A stretch of DNA of 64,000 nt, from positions 8,454-72,453 of the forward strand of contig PYVH01000001.1 of assembly GCA_003030785.1 (NCBI GenBank). Reading direction: 5' to 3'. How positions within the stretch are numbered: position 1 is the stretch's first letter; each line of letters begins with the position of its first letter. The notes below the pieces were generated by a model, which worked only from the letters and a program-made list of their open reading frames with translations, had not been told where the DNA came from and ran no database searches. Shown here in pieces: positions 39,450 to 49,209 of this stretch. The translations under genes were made by a program, and so were the position numbers. Origin of the DNA: Marinobacter sp. B9-2 (GTDB lineage: Bacteria; Pseudomonadota; Gammaproteobacteria; Pseudomonadales; Oleiphilaceae).

Positions 39450-39914
39450 TCAGGTGGATGGTCGCCCGGATCGGCCCAGTCTGAGCCATACTCTCAGGCG
39501 ACGGAAATCATCTGCCGGAACGTTACCCGGCCTGCCGGCTATAGGTGCCAACAGTATTGTGGTGTAGGAACGGAATCTGGTGCCGGCCGGTCGAAGTTTC
39601 AAGAGCGTCAGTCCGGACCAGATCCGGCTGGACGCCAGCGGAAGTACCTGGACCTGGCGGTTGTCGCCGGTTTTGGCGAACAACTTGCCGTCTTCAATCA
39701 GTAGGCTGTTCACCGAGTGGCGGCCCAGCAGCGACCCGTTGCATCGATACTGCAGGGCCGCGCCGCCCAGCGCAACCGGCGTCGCAACGAGTAACCAGGT
39801 TTTGCCGGCCAGTGCCACGATCACCAGGAAGGCCGTCAGTAGCAGCCAGGGTAGCGCCGCCAGCAAGCCGACGAGCACGGAGGGGGAGAGCGTCAGCTCA
39901 ATCCGGCTGGACAC
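39450..39914 (-). CDS. YgfX/CptA-like membrane protein
   Basis: Two N-terminal TM helices, C-terminal [14 protein letters not shown] start overlaps the sdhE end. Confidence 0.65.
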   Translation of the reverse strand: MSSRIELTLSPSVLVGLLAALPWLLLTAFLVIVALAGKTWLLVATPVALGGAALQYRCNGSLLGRHSVNSLLIEDGKLFAKTGDNRQVQVLPLASSRIWSGLTLLKLRPAGTRFRSYTTILLAPIAGRPGNVPADDFRRLRVWLRLGRSGRPST

Positions 39915-40182
39915 GCTTCAGAATGATGTCGACCATGCGTTGGAGGTCCGGATCTGCCGGGCGGCTGCGCTGCATGAACCATTCGAACATGTCGTTGTCC
40001 TCGCAGGTGAGCAGTTTTTTGTAACGAGCCTTGTCGTCGGCCTCGAGGTCGCGGTAGGCCTCTTCCATGAATGGAATCAGGAGGTTGTCCAGCTCAAGCA
40101 TGCCGCGACGGCTGTGCCACCATAGACGATTGAAGTCCGCTTTTTCGGACGATGCAGATGTCTCTGACATAGTGTTTACCAT
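39898..40182 (-). CDS. sdhE: Succinate dehydrogenase flavinylation factor
   Basis: [21 protein letters not shown]; start may be 40170. Confidence 0.92.
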   Translation of the reverse strand: MVNTMSETSASSEKADFNRLWWHSRRGMLELDNLLIPFMEEAYRDLEADDKARYKKLLTCEDNDMFEWFMQRSRPADPDLQRMVDIILKRVQPD

Positions 40183-40210
40183 TGAATCGTTTTAAAGAGT
40201 CGGTGTTCGT

Positions 40211-41836
40211 TCAGGGCGCAAGCGTCCGGTAGGTCGTGGGCACCAGTACGGTATCACGGACCTCATTGAGTAGTCCCGGATAATCCAGCGTGTAATGCAG
40301 TCCACGGCTTTCCCTGCGCTGCAGTGCCGCGCAGATTATCAGGTCGGACACGGTGACCAGGTTTCGAAGTTCCAGCAGGTCGTTGGTCACACGGTAATTG
40401 CTGTAGAACTCTCCGATCTCGGCGGATAACAGGTCGACCCTGTGCTTGGCCCGCTGGAGCCGCTTGGTGGTCCGCACAATCCCCACGTAGTCCCACATGA
40501 AATGTCGCAGCTCGTCCCAGTTGTGGGAGATAACAACGTCTTCATCGGAATCCCGGACCTGGCTTTCGTCCCAGTCCGGGGCTTCCGGCGGTGGCGGAAT
40601 GTCCGCTTCCCGGCGGGTAATATCCGCCGCGGCGGCGCGGCCGTACACCAGGCACTCCAGCAGGGAGTTGCTGGCCATGCGATTGGCGCCATGCAGTCCG
40701 GTAAAGGCGGCTTCGCCCACCACGTAGAGTTGATTGACATCGGTTCTGGCCCGCTCGTCACTCATGATGCCGCCGCAGGTGTAGTGAGCCGCCGGCACCA
40801 CGGGAATGGGCTCTCGGGTGATATCAATGCCAAAGCCAAGACACTTCTCGTAGATGGTAGGGAAGTGGTGCTTTATAAAGTCTGCGGGTTTGTGGCTGAT
40901 GTCCAGGTACAGATGATCAGCACCCAGTCGCTTCATTTCATGGTCAATGGCCCGGGCAACGATATCCCGGGGTGCCAATTCGCCGCGCTCGTCAAAGCGG
41001 TCCATGAACCGCGACCCATCAGGCAGTTTCAGAAGGCCGCCCTCCCCGCGCACTGCTTCCGTGATCAGGAAGGATTTGGCGTGCGGATGGTAAAGGCAAG
41101 TGGGGTGGAACTGGTTGAATTCCATGTTCGCTACCCGGCAGCCGGCCCGCCAGGCCATGGCAATGCCATCGCCGGACGCGCCATCCGGGTTGGTTGTGTA
41201 GCGGTAGGCCTTGGAGGCGCCGCCGGTAGCAATAACCGTGAACCTTGCCCGGAACAGCTCCACGTGGTTGTCTTCGAGGTTCAGAATGTAGGCACCGACA
41301 CACCGGTTTCCTGGCAGGGACAGTTTGCGATTGGTAATCAGGTCCACCGCGACCCGGCCGGACATGAGTTCGATGTTTGGTCGTGCCTCTGCCTGGGACG
41401 TCAGGGTGGTTGAAACCGCATGGCCGGTGGCATCGGCTGCGTGAATGATACGCCGATGGCTGTGGCCGCCTTCCCGGGTCAGGTGGTAATGGGCGTCCTG
41501 GTCCCGGGTGAAATCGACTCCGGAATCAATCAGCCAGTTGATACTTTCCTTGCCATGTTCGACGGTGAAGCGCACGGCGTCTTCGTGGCACAGACCGGCG
41601 CCGGCGTTCAGGGTGTCAGTAATGTGGTTTTCGGTGGAATCCTGATCATCCAGAACCGCGGCGATCCCGCCTTGCGCCCAGAGAGTGGCGCCGCTGCTGA
41701 TCTGCGCCTTGCTCACCACACAGACCTTCAGGTGCTCCGGAAGGTTGAGGGCGACAGTGAGGCCGGCAGCACCACTGCCGATAATCAGGACATCGTATTC
41801 GAAGGACTGTGGCATCGGGTCGTTATCGCAGGCCAT
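40211..41836 (-). CDS. nadB: L-aspartate oxidase
   Basis: [55 protein letters not shown]; start may be 41815. Confidence 0.95.
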   Translation of the reverse strand: MACDNDPMPQSFEYDVLIIGSGAAGLTVALNLPEHLKVCVVSKAQISSGATLWAQGGIAAVLDDQDSTENHITDTLNAGAGLCHEDAVRFTVEHGKESINWLIDSGVDFTRDQDAHYHLTREGGHSHRRIIHAADATGHAVSTTLTSQAEARPNIELMSGRVAVDLITNRKLSLPGNRCVGAYILNLEDNHVELFRARFTVIATGGASKAYRYTTNPDGASGDGIAMAWRAGCRVANMEFNQFHPTCLYHPHAKSFLITEAVRGEGGLLKLPDGSRFMDRFDERGELAPRDIVARAIDHEMKRLGADHLYLDISHKPADFIKHHFPTIYEKCLGFGIDITREPIPVVPAAHYTCGGIMSDERARTDVNQLYVVGEAAFTGLHGANRMASNSLLECLVYGRAAAADITRREADIPPPPEAPDWDESQVRDSDEDVVISHNWDELRHFMWDYVGIVRTTKRLQRAKHRVDLLSAEIGEFYSNYRVTNDLLELRNLVTVSDLIICAALQRRESRGLHYTLDYPGLLNEVRDTVLVPTTYRTLAP

Positions 41837-41852
41837 AATGTGGACGTGTATT

Positions 41853-41879
41853 GAACTAAACTTTACGCTTGCTGTCTAT
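41853..41879 (+). promoter_or_regulatory. Putative autoregulatory sigmaE promoter of rpoE
   Basis: GAACTA-N16-TCTAT. Confidence 0.65.
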
Positions 41880-42018
41880 TTGGCCTGACAGGGTGAGCCG
41901 CCTGACAGGTGGCCGAGCCCGTTCCATAAACGGACGCCGGATAGCATCAATGACGCAGCGAAACTTGGTACAGGCCGGACAGCTGGCCATCAAATCAGGG
42001 AACCCCGGCAACCAGTCC

Positions 42019-42636
42019 ATGACTCCTGATACAGAGAAACGACAAGGCGACCACTCGGATAGCCAGACGGACCTGCAATTGGTTCGCAAGGTTCGCAATG
42101 GCGATCGCGCCGCCTTCGATCTTCTGGTGGTCAAGTACCAGTCCAGGGTCGCGTCTATCATCAGTCGTTACGTCTACGACAGCCAGGAAGTCATGGATCT
42201 GACCCAGGAGACCTTCGTAAAGGCATTCAGGGCGATCGAACGTTTCCGGGGAGACAGTGCCTTTTATACATGGCTGTACCGGATCGCCGTGAACACCGCG
42301 AAGAACTATCTGGAGTCCCGGGGTCGTCGCCCCCAGGGCAGTGCCGACTCGGCCGAGGCGGAGAATTTTGATGATGGCTCCCGACTCCGGGATACCGCAT
42401 CGCCGGAACGACTTCTGCAACGGGAACAGCTCCAGAAAGAACTCAACCGGGCTATCGCCCAGCTTCCCGAGGAGCTGCGTTCTGCCTTTCTGCTCAGGGA
42501 GTACGATGGCCTGAGCTATGAGGATATCGCAGGCATTCTGGAGTGCCCGATCGGTACCGTCCGTTCACGAATATTCAGAGCCCGGGATGCGGTCGATAAG
42601 CATCTTGGACCTTTACTCAATCACTCCGTGACGTAA
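42019..42636 (+). CDS. rpoE: ECF sigma factor RpoE/AlgU
   Basis: AFDLLVVKYQ, FRGDSAFYTWLYRIAVNTAKN, GLSYEDIA...CPIGTVRSRIFRAR; start could be 41950. Confidence 0.95.
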   Translation: MTPDTEKRQGDHSDSQTDLQLVRKVRNGDRAAFDLLVVKYQSRVASIISRYVYDSQEVMDLTQETFVKAFRAIERFRGDSAFYTWLYRIAVNTAKNYLESRGRRPQGSADSAEAENFDDGSRLRDTASPERLLQREQLQKELNRAIAQLPEELRSAFLLREYDGLSYEDIAGILECPIGTVRSRIFRARDAVDKHLGPLLNHSVT

Positions 42637-42651
42637 TTGAGGTTGCATCCC

Positions 42652-43212
42652 ATGGATGATCGTCTCAGAGAAACACTGTCCGCCATGATGGACGACGAAG
42701 CTGACGAACTTTCGGTACGTCGCCTGCTTTCACACGATAGCCAGGACGAGGTTCGGGCGCAGTGGCAGCGTTGGCAGGACGTGCGGGACCTTATGCATGA
42801 TGGCCACTCGCCGGTCCATGGTATGGACGTCAGTGTTGCCGTCCGTGAATTGCTTGACGGCCGCGGCTCCGCAACAGCCCGGCCCGATCCCGCTGTTCAG
42901 GACAGCAAGGCGGGCCGATGGCACTGGCCGGCGGCCGCCATGGTGGCCATGGCGCTGCTGGTTGGATTTGGGGCCGGCGCCGGCTGGGATTCGTCGGGTG
43001 CCGGTCCGGTTCAGCCCGTAACGGCGGCTGCACCGGAAACGCCTGTTCAGGACCAGCCAATCAGGGAGATCGCCCTGCAGGGTCTGGATGAGGAACAGTG
43101 GGAATACATGAGTCGTTACCTGCTGGAGCATGCGCAGCACAATAGTGTTGGTGCCGGACGGGGCGCCGTCGGCTATGCCCGACTGGTCAGCGCCAACGGT
43201 GTCGGCTACTGA
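42652..43212 (+). CDS. rseA: Anti-sigma factor RseA/MucA
   Basis: ETLSAMMDDE N-terminus, single TM, YLLEH; position after rpoE. Confidence 0.88.
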   Translation: MDDRLRETLSAMMDDEADELSVRRLLSHDSQDEVRAQWQRWQDVRDLMHDGHSPVHGMDVSVAVRELLDGRGSATARPDPAVQDSKAGRWHWPAAAMVAMALLVGFGAGAGWDSSGAGPVQPVTAAAPETPVQDQPIREIALQGLDEEQWEYMSRYLLEHAQHNSVGAGRGAVGYARLVSANGVGY

Positions 43213-43226
43213 ACCCCGGAGCGAGT

Positions 43227-44252
43227 GTGATCATGCCTCAAGCCTTCATTGATATTCTCCGATGCGGTGCGCTGTCCTTGCTCGTGGGCCTTCTGCTCAC
43301 GCTTGCCGGGTCGCTTCCGGCTGCTGCGGACGAAGATGAGGCATCCGCCTGGCTTGAAAGGCTCGGGCCGGCGCTGAATATGACCTCCTATCGTGGCGTG
43401 TTCGTTTATGCCCGAGGCGAGAGTGTGCACTCCATGCAGATTGCTCACCGTTACAATGATGGCGTTGTCGAGGAGCGGCTGGTGCTGCAGGACGGTGGCA
43501 GCGGCGAAATCGTTCGCAAGGGCATGAACGTGGTCTGCGTGCTACCTGAAACAGGCCGTGTGCAGCTCGATCAGGTTATTCCCTCGGGGCCCTTTGCCGA
43601 AGCGTTCACCAGTCAACTGATGCCGGTGAACCGCTGGTACCGGGCAGAGATGAAAGGTGAGGACCGGGTTGCGGGATATGACGTGGTTTCTTTAGCGCTG
43701 AGTGCTAAAGATCCCTACCGCTACAGCCATCGGCTTTGGCTGGAGAAATCCACCGGACTTCTGGTGAAGAGTCATGTCCGGAATGCTGAGGGCGAGGTGC
43801 TTGAGCAGTTCCAGTTCACCAGCCTGCACATTGGTGAGGATATCCCCGACAGCGAATTTGAAATCCGCACCAAGGGTCGGGAAATCTCCAGAACGCTGGA
43901 CGAGCCCACTCCCGCGGCTTCTGTAGTGCAGCGAATGAACGGCTGGCAGCTTGGCTGGCGTCCTGAGGGGTTCATGCCCGCCGCGGCGCCGCGCTCCGGG
44001 AAGGGGCAGGCCGTTGCCTTCTCCGATGGCCTGGCAGCTTTCTCGGTGTTTGTGGAACCGGCTGGTCCGGTAACCATGCCCACGGGCGCCTCCAAAATCG
44101 GCGCCACGACAGTCTACATGCATCAGGTAAAGGAGGGAGGCAACGCCTTCCTGGTTACCGTTGTGGGAGAACTGCCGCCGCAAACAGCCCGTCAGGTCGC
44201 CGAGTCGGTCCGTATTGAAGACTCGCTGGCCCTGGGTGCGGGTGAATCGTGA
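43227..44252 (+). CDS. rseB: RseB/MucB periplasmic regulator
   Basis: SYRGVFVY, D.YRY....W....GLL.K, LEQFQFT, SDGLA.FSVF.E, TVVGELP. Confidence 0.9.
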   Translation: MIMPQAFIDILRCGALSLLVGLLLTLAGSLPAAADEDEASAWLERLGPALNMTSYRGVFVYARGESVHSMQIAHRYNDGVVEERLVLQDGGSGEIVRKGMNVVCVLPETGRVQLDQVIPSGPFAEAFTSQLMPVNRWYRAEMKGEDRVAGYDVVSLALSAKDPYRYSHRLWLEKSTGLLVKSHVRNAEGEVLEQFQFTSLHIGEDIPDSEFEIRTKGREISRTLDEPTPAASVVQRMNGWQLGWRPEGFMPAAAPRSGKGQAVAFSDGLAAFSVFVEPAGPVTMPTGASKIGATTVYMHQVKEGGNAFLVTVVGELPPQTARQVAESVRIEDSLALGAGES

Positions 44253-44698
44253 TTACCGAAACCGGGAAGGTTGTCGCGCTCAAGGGCGACCGGGTCTGGG
44301 TCCAGACGATTCGAACCAGCGCCTGTCAGAGTTGTGCCGCCCGCAATGGCTGCGGCCAGAAAGTCCTGGCGGCGGCCTCCGGCGGACGCGCTAACCAGAT
44401 TCTGGTTGCGAACTCGGTCGATGCCAGGGTTGGTGATGAGGTCACTATTGGTATCGATGAGCAGGCGTTGCTGGGCGCTTCGCTTCTGGTCTACGCCTTA
44501 CCGCTGATCCTGATGGTCGCTGCAAGTGTCGTCGGACACCAGGTGTCCGGAGGGCACGATGGTGCAGCCATGCTTGCTGCCGTCGCCGGGCTGGCCCTGG
44601 GTTTTTTTGCCGGACGCAAACTGCAGCGAACCGGCGGCAGGGATTATGAGCCCCATCTGGTCCGGGTAAACCGGATTGCCTCTGAGAACTGTCTGTAA
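44249..44698 (+). CDS. rseC: RseC/MucC family protein
   Basis: MITETG.V, SACQSCAARNGCG, LVYALPL. Confidence 0.9.
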   Translation: MITETGKVVALKGDRVWVQTIRTSACQSCAARNGCGQKVLAAASGGRANQILVANSVDARVGDEVTIGIDEQALLGASLLVYALPLILMVAASVVGHQVSGGHDGAAMLAAVAGLALGFFAGRKLQRTGGRDYEPHLVRVNRIASENCL

Positions 44699-44778
44699 AC
44701 CCTACGGATTTGTAAGTTGAAAATCGTTGGGGCGAACCCAAGACTAACTTTAAGTGTCAGACCTACAGGGGGTACATC

Positions 44779-46257
44779 ATGTCGAGTGCAACAGAAGTTG
44801 CCCAACCATTACGGAATGCTATCTCCGGAAGGATGCCGGCCGCTTTGCTGCTGGTGCTGTCCGTCATGGTACTGGTGGGCTGGAGCCAGGCCAGCGCAGC
44901 CCAGAATTTGCCTGATTTTACCGAGCTGGTTGAGGATAACGCCGGTGCCGTGGTGAATATCAGCACCACGACTGAGCCCAAGCGTGGCAATTCCGGCTCC
45001 CCGGGGATGCCATTCGACGAGCGTCAGCTGGAACAGCTGCCGGAGTTCTTCCAGGACTTCTTCCGTGGTCCGCAGTCTCCGTTTGGCGGTGGACCCGGCA
45101 ATTCACGACCCAGTCGCTCCATGGGGTCCGGGTTTATCGTATCCTCGGACGGCTACGTACTGACCAACAATCATGTGGTTGAGGGCGCTGATGAAATCAT
45201 TGTACGCCTGAATGATCGACGGGAACTGCCGGCGACCCTGGTTGGAACCGATCCCCGTTCCGATATGGCCGTACTGAAGATTGAAAACGGCGATGATCTG
45301 CCGGTGGTGAAAGTAGGCCAGTCCCGGGATCTGAAGGTCGGTGAGTGGGTCTTTGCGATTGGCTCGCCGTTCGGCTTCGATTACACGGTGACGGCCGGAA
45401 TCGTCAGTGCCCTGGGCCGCTCGCTGCCATCGGAAAACTATGTGCCTTTCATCCAGACCGATGTGGCCATCAACCCGGGCAATTCAGGCGGGCCTCTGTT
45501 TAACCTGGAAGGTGAAGTGGTGGGTATCAACTCCCAGATTTACACCCGTTCCGGCGGTTTCATGGGTGTCTCGTTTGCGATTCCTATCGACGATGCCATG
45601 AATGTGTTCCGTCAGTTGCGTGACGAGGGTTCGGTCTCCCGGGGCTGGCTCGGGGTACTGATCCAGGAGGTGAACCGCGATCTGGCCGAGTCCTTTGGTC
45701 TCAAGCGGCCCCGCGGTGCGCTGATTGCCGAAGTGATGGCGGACTCACCGGCGCAGAAGGCGGGTCTGCAGGCGGGGGATATCGTCCTCAGTTATGATGG
45801 CGACGATGTTCAGCTGTCTGCTGACTTGCCGCCCATGGTGGGTCGTACGCCGGTGGGTGAAACCGCCGAGCTTGAGGTGCTGCGCGGCGGAGAGGAAATA
45901 GAGCTGCAGGTCGAGATTGGCCGGCTGCCCGAAGAGGGAAGCCAGCAGGCCGCTGTGCCGTCCGGTGACAGTGGCGGCCCGGCTTCTGCGCCTCTGGGTA
46001 TGATGGTTGAGCCACTGCCTGCCGATATGGCTGATTCCATGGGCCTTGAAGGCGGCGTTGTGGTCAATAACGTTGCCCGGGGTGCTGCGTCTGAGGCCGG
46101 TATCCGTGCGGGTGATGTGATCACCGAAATCAACCGCCAGAAAGTGACTTCCGTACAGGAATTCCGCGAGGCTGTGCGGTCCCTGCCTGAGGGCAAGGCG
46201 GTATCGGTCCGGGTGGTTCGCCAGGGCCGGGCGCTGTATCTGGTGATGAAGCCCTGA
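44779..46257 (+). CDS. mucD: DegP/MucD periplasmic serine protease
   Basis: LPDFT.LVE, GSGFI, TNNHVV, QTDVAINPGNSGGPL, two PDZ domains. Confidence 0.92.
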   Translation: MSSATEVAQPLRNAISGRMPAALLLVLSVMVLVGWSQASAAQNLPDFTELVEDNAGAVVNISTTTEPKRGNSGSPGMPFDERQLEQLPEFFQDFFRGPQSPFGGGPGNSRPSRSMGSGFIVSSDGYVLTNNHVVEGADEIIVRLNDRRELPATLVGTDPRSDMAVLKIENGDDLPVVKVGQSRDLKVGEWVFAIGSPFGFDYTVTAGIVSALGRSLPSENYVPFIQTDVAINPGNSGGPLFNLEGEVVGINSQIYTRSGGFMGVSFAIPIDDAMNVFRQLRDEGSVSRGWLGVLIQEVNRDLAESFGLKRPRGALIAEVMADSPAQKAGLQAGDIVLSYDGDDVQLSADLPPMVGRTPVGETAELEVLRGGEEIELQVEIGRLPEEGSQQAAVPSGDSGGPASAPLGMMVEPLPADMADSMGLEGGVVVNNVARGAASEAGIRAGDVITEINRQKVTSVQEFREAVRSLPEGKAVSVRVVRQGRALYLVMKP

Positions 46258-46289
46258 TACCTCATTGCTGAGCGAAATCATCGGATAAG

Positions 46290-46332
46290 AAAGCCCCCGC
46301 AGGTGTTGGAAACGACACCTGCGGGGGCTTTT
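46290..46332. terminator. Long hairpin, probable terminator of the rpoE-mucD operon
   Basis: 19-bp stem AAAGCCCCCGCAGGTGTTG / CGACACCTGCGGGGGCTTT with a GAAA loop, followed by TGTT. Confidence 0.8.
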
Positions 46333-46360
46333 GTTATACTCAGCGGATCAATAAAAATGA

Positions 46361-49111
46361 GTGGCCATGGAACGGACCAGCCCGATGATGAACAGACAGG
46401 AACTCTCTCTTCGCAAGTTACTGGAATTTCGTAATGCCTGGGTCGCCTGGCTGATTTTTGCTGTGGCGATTGCCGTCACCGTGCTGCTCTGGCAGGTGTC
46501 CATTCGGCTGGTTGAAGACCGCACGGAAGCCCGTTTCCGCACACAGTCGCTGCAACTCAAATCCGCCATCGAAGAACGTTTGCTGAACTACGAACAGGTG
46601 CTGGCCGGCAGCGCGGGTCTGTTTGCGGTGGCAGGCGATGTTTCCCGTGATCAGTGGCGCGAATACGTCGACAAGGTGGATATCAACCGGTACTACCCGG
46701 GCATTCAGGGTATCGGCTATGTGCGCCGTATCGGTGTCCGCCAGATGGCCGATCATATTGCCTCTGTCCGGGCCGAGGGTGTGCATAATTACCTGGTGAA
46801 CCCGTTGGGCAGCGGTCCCTACTACTATCCCATGGTTTACCTGGAGCCCGGCACCGATCGCAATCGCCGGGCCCTTGGCTACGATGCCTTCAGCGATCCC
46901 ATCCATCGCCAGGCCATGGAGCGGGCCCGTGATGATGCCGTCCCCACGGTGACCGCCAAGGTGGTGCTGGTTCAGGAAGAGCTTGGTGAAGACCAGGCGA
47001 GTTTCCTGATGTACTACCCCGTCTACCAGGGTGGGGGGGTGCCCGAGATCCGGGCCGAGCGTCGCATGATGCTGGCAGGCTACGTGTTCAGTGCCTTTCG
47101 GATGAACAACCTGATCGACGGCATCGTCGGCCTGATTTCCCCGTTTCTGGATGTCCGGATCTACGATGCCGGCGTCGTGGAGCGGCAGAACCTCATGTAC
47201 GGCTCCAATCTGGGTTCCCTCGATAACGAATTCAGTTTCCAGATGAGCCAGACCATCAGTCACGGTGGTCGTGACTGGCTGTTGCAGACCCGCTCCACGC
47301 CCGCCTTTGATTTCCTGGCCTCGGATCCGCGGCCGCCGATCGTTCTGGGCAGTGGGCTGGTGATCAGTGCCCTGCTGTTCCTGTTCGTGTTGGCCCTTAT
47401 CCGGTCACGGCTGATGGCGCAGATCAGCGCCGGCCGCTATCGGGCAATTACTGAGGGGGCCGCCAATGTCACCGTGGTGATGGATCGTGCCGGAAAGGCC
47501 CTCTACGCCAGCCCTTCCAGCCTCGATATTCTTGGCTTCGAACCGGACCAGGTTCAGGCTCTGGACTTTGAAGAGCTGGTTCATGGCGACGACTGGCCCC
47601 AGTTACAGAAAGGCTTTGACGATTCCGTGCAGTCACCGGGCAAGCAGATGCCGGTGATCCGGGTCCGTATTCGCGACGCCGAGGGACAGTGGCGGGATAT
47701 GGAGGGTACCTTTACCGCCATGCTGTCGGTGCCTGGCGTTAATGGTGTTGTGCTCAGCTTGCGGGATCTGACCCAGCTCAAGGCGGCCCAGTCTGAACTG
47801 CATCGGCTGGCATTCTACGATCCACTCACGGGGCTGGCGAACCGGCAACTGTTCCGGGACCGGCTGAACCATGTGGTCAGCAGAAGCCGCCGGAGTGGCG
47901 AGCCGGCCGCCCTGATGTTCCTGGATCTGGATGGATTCAAACGGATCAACGATACCCTGGGGCACGATTCCGGGGACGAGCTCCTGCGCCAGGTGGCCCA
48001 GTGGCTGGTGGGGTGCGTCCGGGAAGAGGATTCGGTTGCCCGGCTCGGCGGCGACGAATTCGTTGTACTGTTGTCACGGATCAGTGATTCGGACGCCGCC
48101 GGCAAGGTTGCCGAGACCATCCTGCGCAGTCTGTGCCAGCGAATCCGGCTGAATGATCACGAAGTCGGCATCACGGTCAGTATCGGTATTACCATGATTC
48201 CCCACGACAGCGAGGATGCCGGAACCCTGATGAAGTATGCCGATCTGGCCATGTATCGTGCCAAGGAGCTGGGCCGCAACACCTTCCAGTTCTTTACGCC
48301 GGCCATGAATATCAAGGCGGCGCGCCGGCTCCTGCAGCAGGAGGAATTGGCCGCGGCTCTGGACGGCGATCGCTTCGTCCTGCACTACCAGCCGAAGATT
48401 GATCTGGCCAGTGAGCGGGTCATCGGGGTTGAGGCGTTCCTGCGCTGGCATCATCCGGAGAAAGGACTGGTTTCCGCCCAGCAGTTCATCGGTCTGGCCG
48501 AGGAAACCGGCCTGATCGTGCATCTGGGCGAATGGGCGCTCAGGCAGGCCTGTATTCAGGTGCAGGCACTGGAGCGGGCCGGTTTTGAATCCCTGAAAAT
48601 GGCAGTGAATCTGTCCGTGCGTCAGCTGACTGACTCGGGCTTTCTGGATATGATCCGCCAGGTCATCACTGAAACCGGCGTCTCACCGGAGCGGCTGGAG
48701 CTGGAGATGCCGGCGGAACTGCTCAATGAAGATCCGCGAATGCTTCGGGAGCTGCTGGTGTCACTTCATGATCTGGGGGTCTGCCTGATTCTCGACGATT
48801 TTGGCACCGGCTCCTGTTCACTGGTTGCGTTACAGCAACTGCCGCTGGATGTGATCAAGATCGATCACCGATTCATCCGTGATATACCGTACAATGTCAG
48901 TGCGACCGATGTTGCCTCCGCGGTGATTGCCCTGGCTCGCAAGCTCCACCTCACGGTGGTCGCTGAAGGCGTGGAAACCCCGCAGCAGCTTAGCTTCCTC
49001 AAAACCCACGGCTGTGCCCAATGCCAGGGCAATCTGTTCAGCTATCCCCTGGACGAGGATGCCCTCATCGGTTTCCTGATCCGGCAGTACGAAAGGCCGC
49101 TGATTTCCTGA
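46361..49111 (+). CDS. CHASE-PAS-GGDEF-EAL c-di-GMP signalling protein
   Basis: TM, CHASE (YPGIQGIGY, YLEP...NRRALGYD), TM, PAS, DPLTGLANR, REED...ARLGGDEF, EAL domain with EAF and DDFGTG; exact start uncertain. Confidence 0.9.
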   Translation: MAMERTSPMMNRQELSLRKLLEFRNAWVAWLIFAVAIAVTVLLWQVSIRLVEDRTEARFRTQSLQLKSAIEERLLNYEQVLAGSAGLFAVAGDVSRDQWREYVDKVDINRYYPGIQGIGYVRRIGVRQMADHIASVRAEGVHNYLVNPLGSGPYYYPMVYLEPGTDRNRRALGYDAFSDPIHRQAMERARDDAVPTVTAKVVLVQEELGEDQASFLMYYPVYQGGGVPEIRAERRMMLAGYVFSAFRMNNLIDGIVGLISPFLDVRIYDAGVVERQNLMYGSNLGSLDNEFSFQMSQTISHGGRDWLLQTRSTPAFDFLASDPRPPIVLGSGLVISALLFLFVLALIRSRLMAQISAGRYRAITEGAANVTVVMDRAGKALYASPSSLDILGFEPDQVQALDFEELVHGDDWPQLQKGFDDSVQSPGKQMPVIRVRIRDAEGQWRDMEGTFTAMLSVPGVNGVVLSLRDLTQLKAAQSELHRLAFYDPLTGLANRQLFRDRLNHVVSRSRRSGEPAALMFLDLDGFKRINDTLGHDSGDELLRQVAQWLVGCVREEDSVARLGGDEFVVLLSRISDSDAAGKVAETILRSLCQRIRLNDHEVGITVSIGITMIPHDSEDAGTLMKYADLAMYRAKELGRNTFQFFTPAMNIKAARRLLQQEELAAALDGDRFVLHYQPKIDLASERVIGVEAFLRWHHPEKGLVSAQQFIGLAEETGLIVHLGEWALRQACIQVQALERAGFESLKMAVNLSVRQLTDSGFLDMIRQVITETGVSPERLELEMPAELLNEDPRMLRELLVSLHDLGVCLILDDFGTGSCSLVALQQLPLDVIKIDHRFIRDIPYNVSATDVASAVIALARKLHLTVVAEGVETPQQLSFLKTHGCAQCQGNLFSYPLDEDALIGFLIRQYERPLIS

Positions 49112-49209
49112 TCATGGCAATGGCGGCCGGTAACCGGTAAAATCACGCCGTTCCCGGATCCCGGTAGCGGCCCCTCCGGGCTCAATCCTTCGTCTTAACT
49201 GAGTATTCA

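Noticed and set aside
39450..40182. sdhE-ygfX as a CptAB toxin-antitoxin system
   Set aside because: SdhE is an established flavinylation factor; this is the ordinary conserved pair
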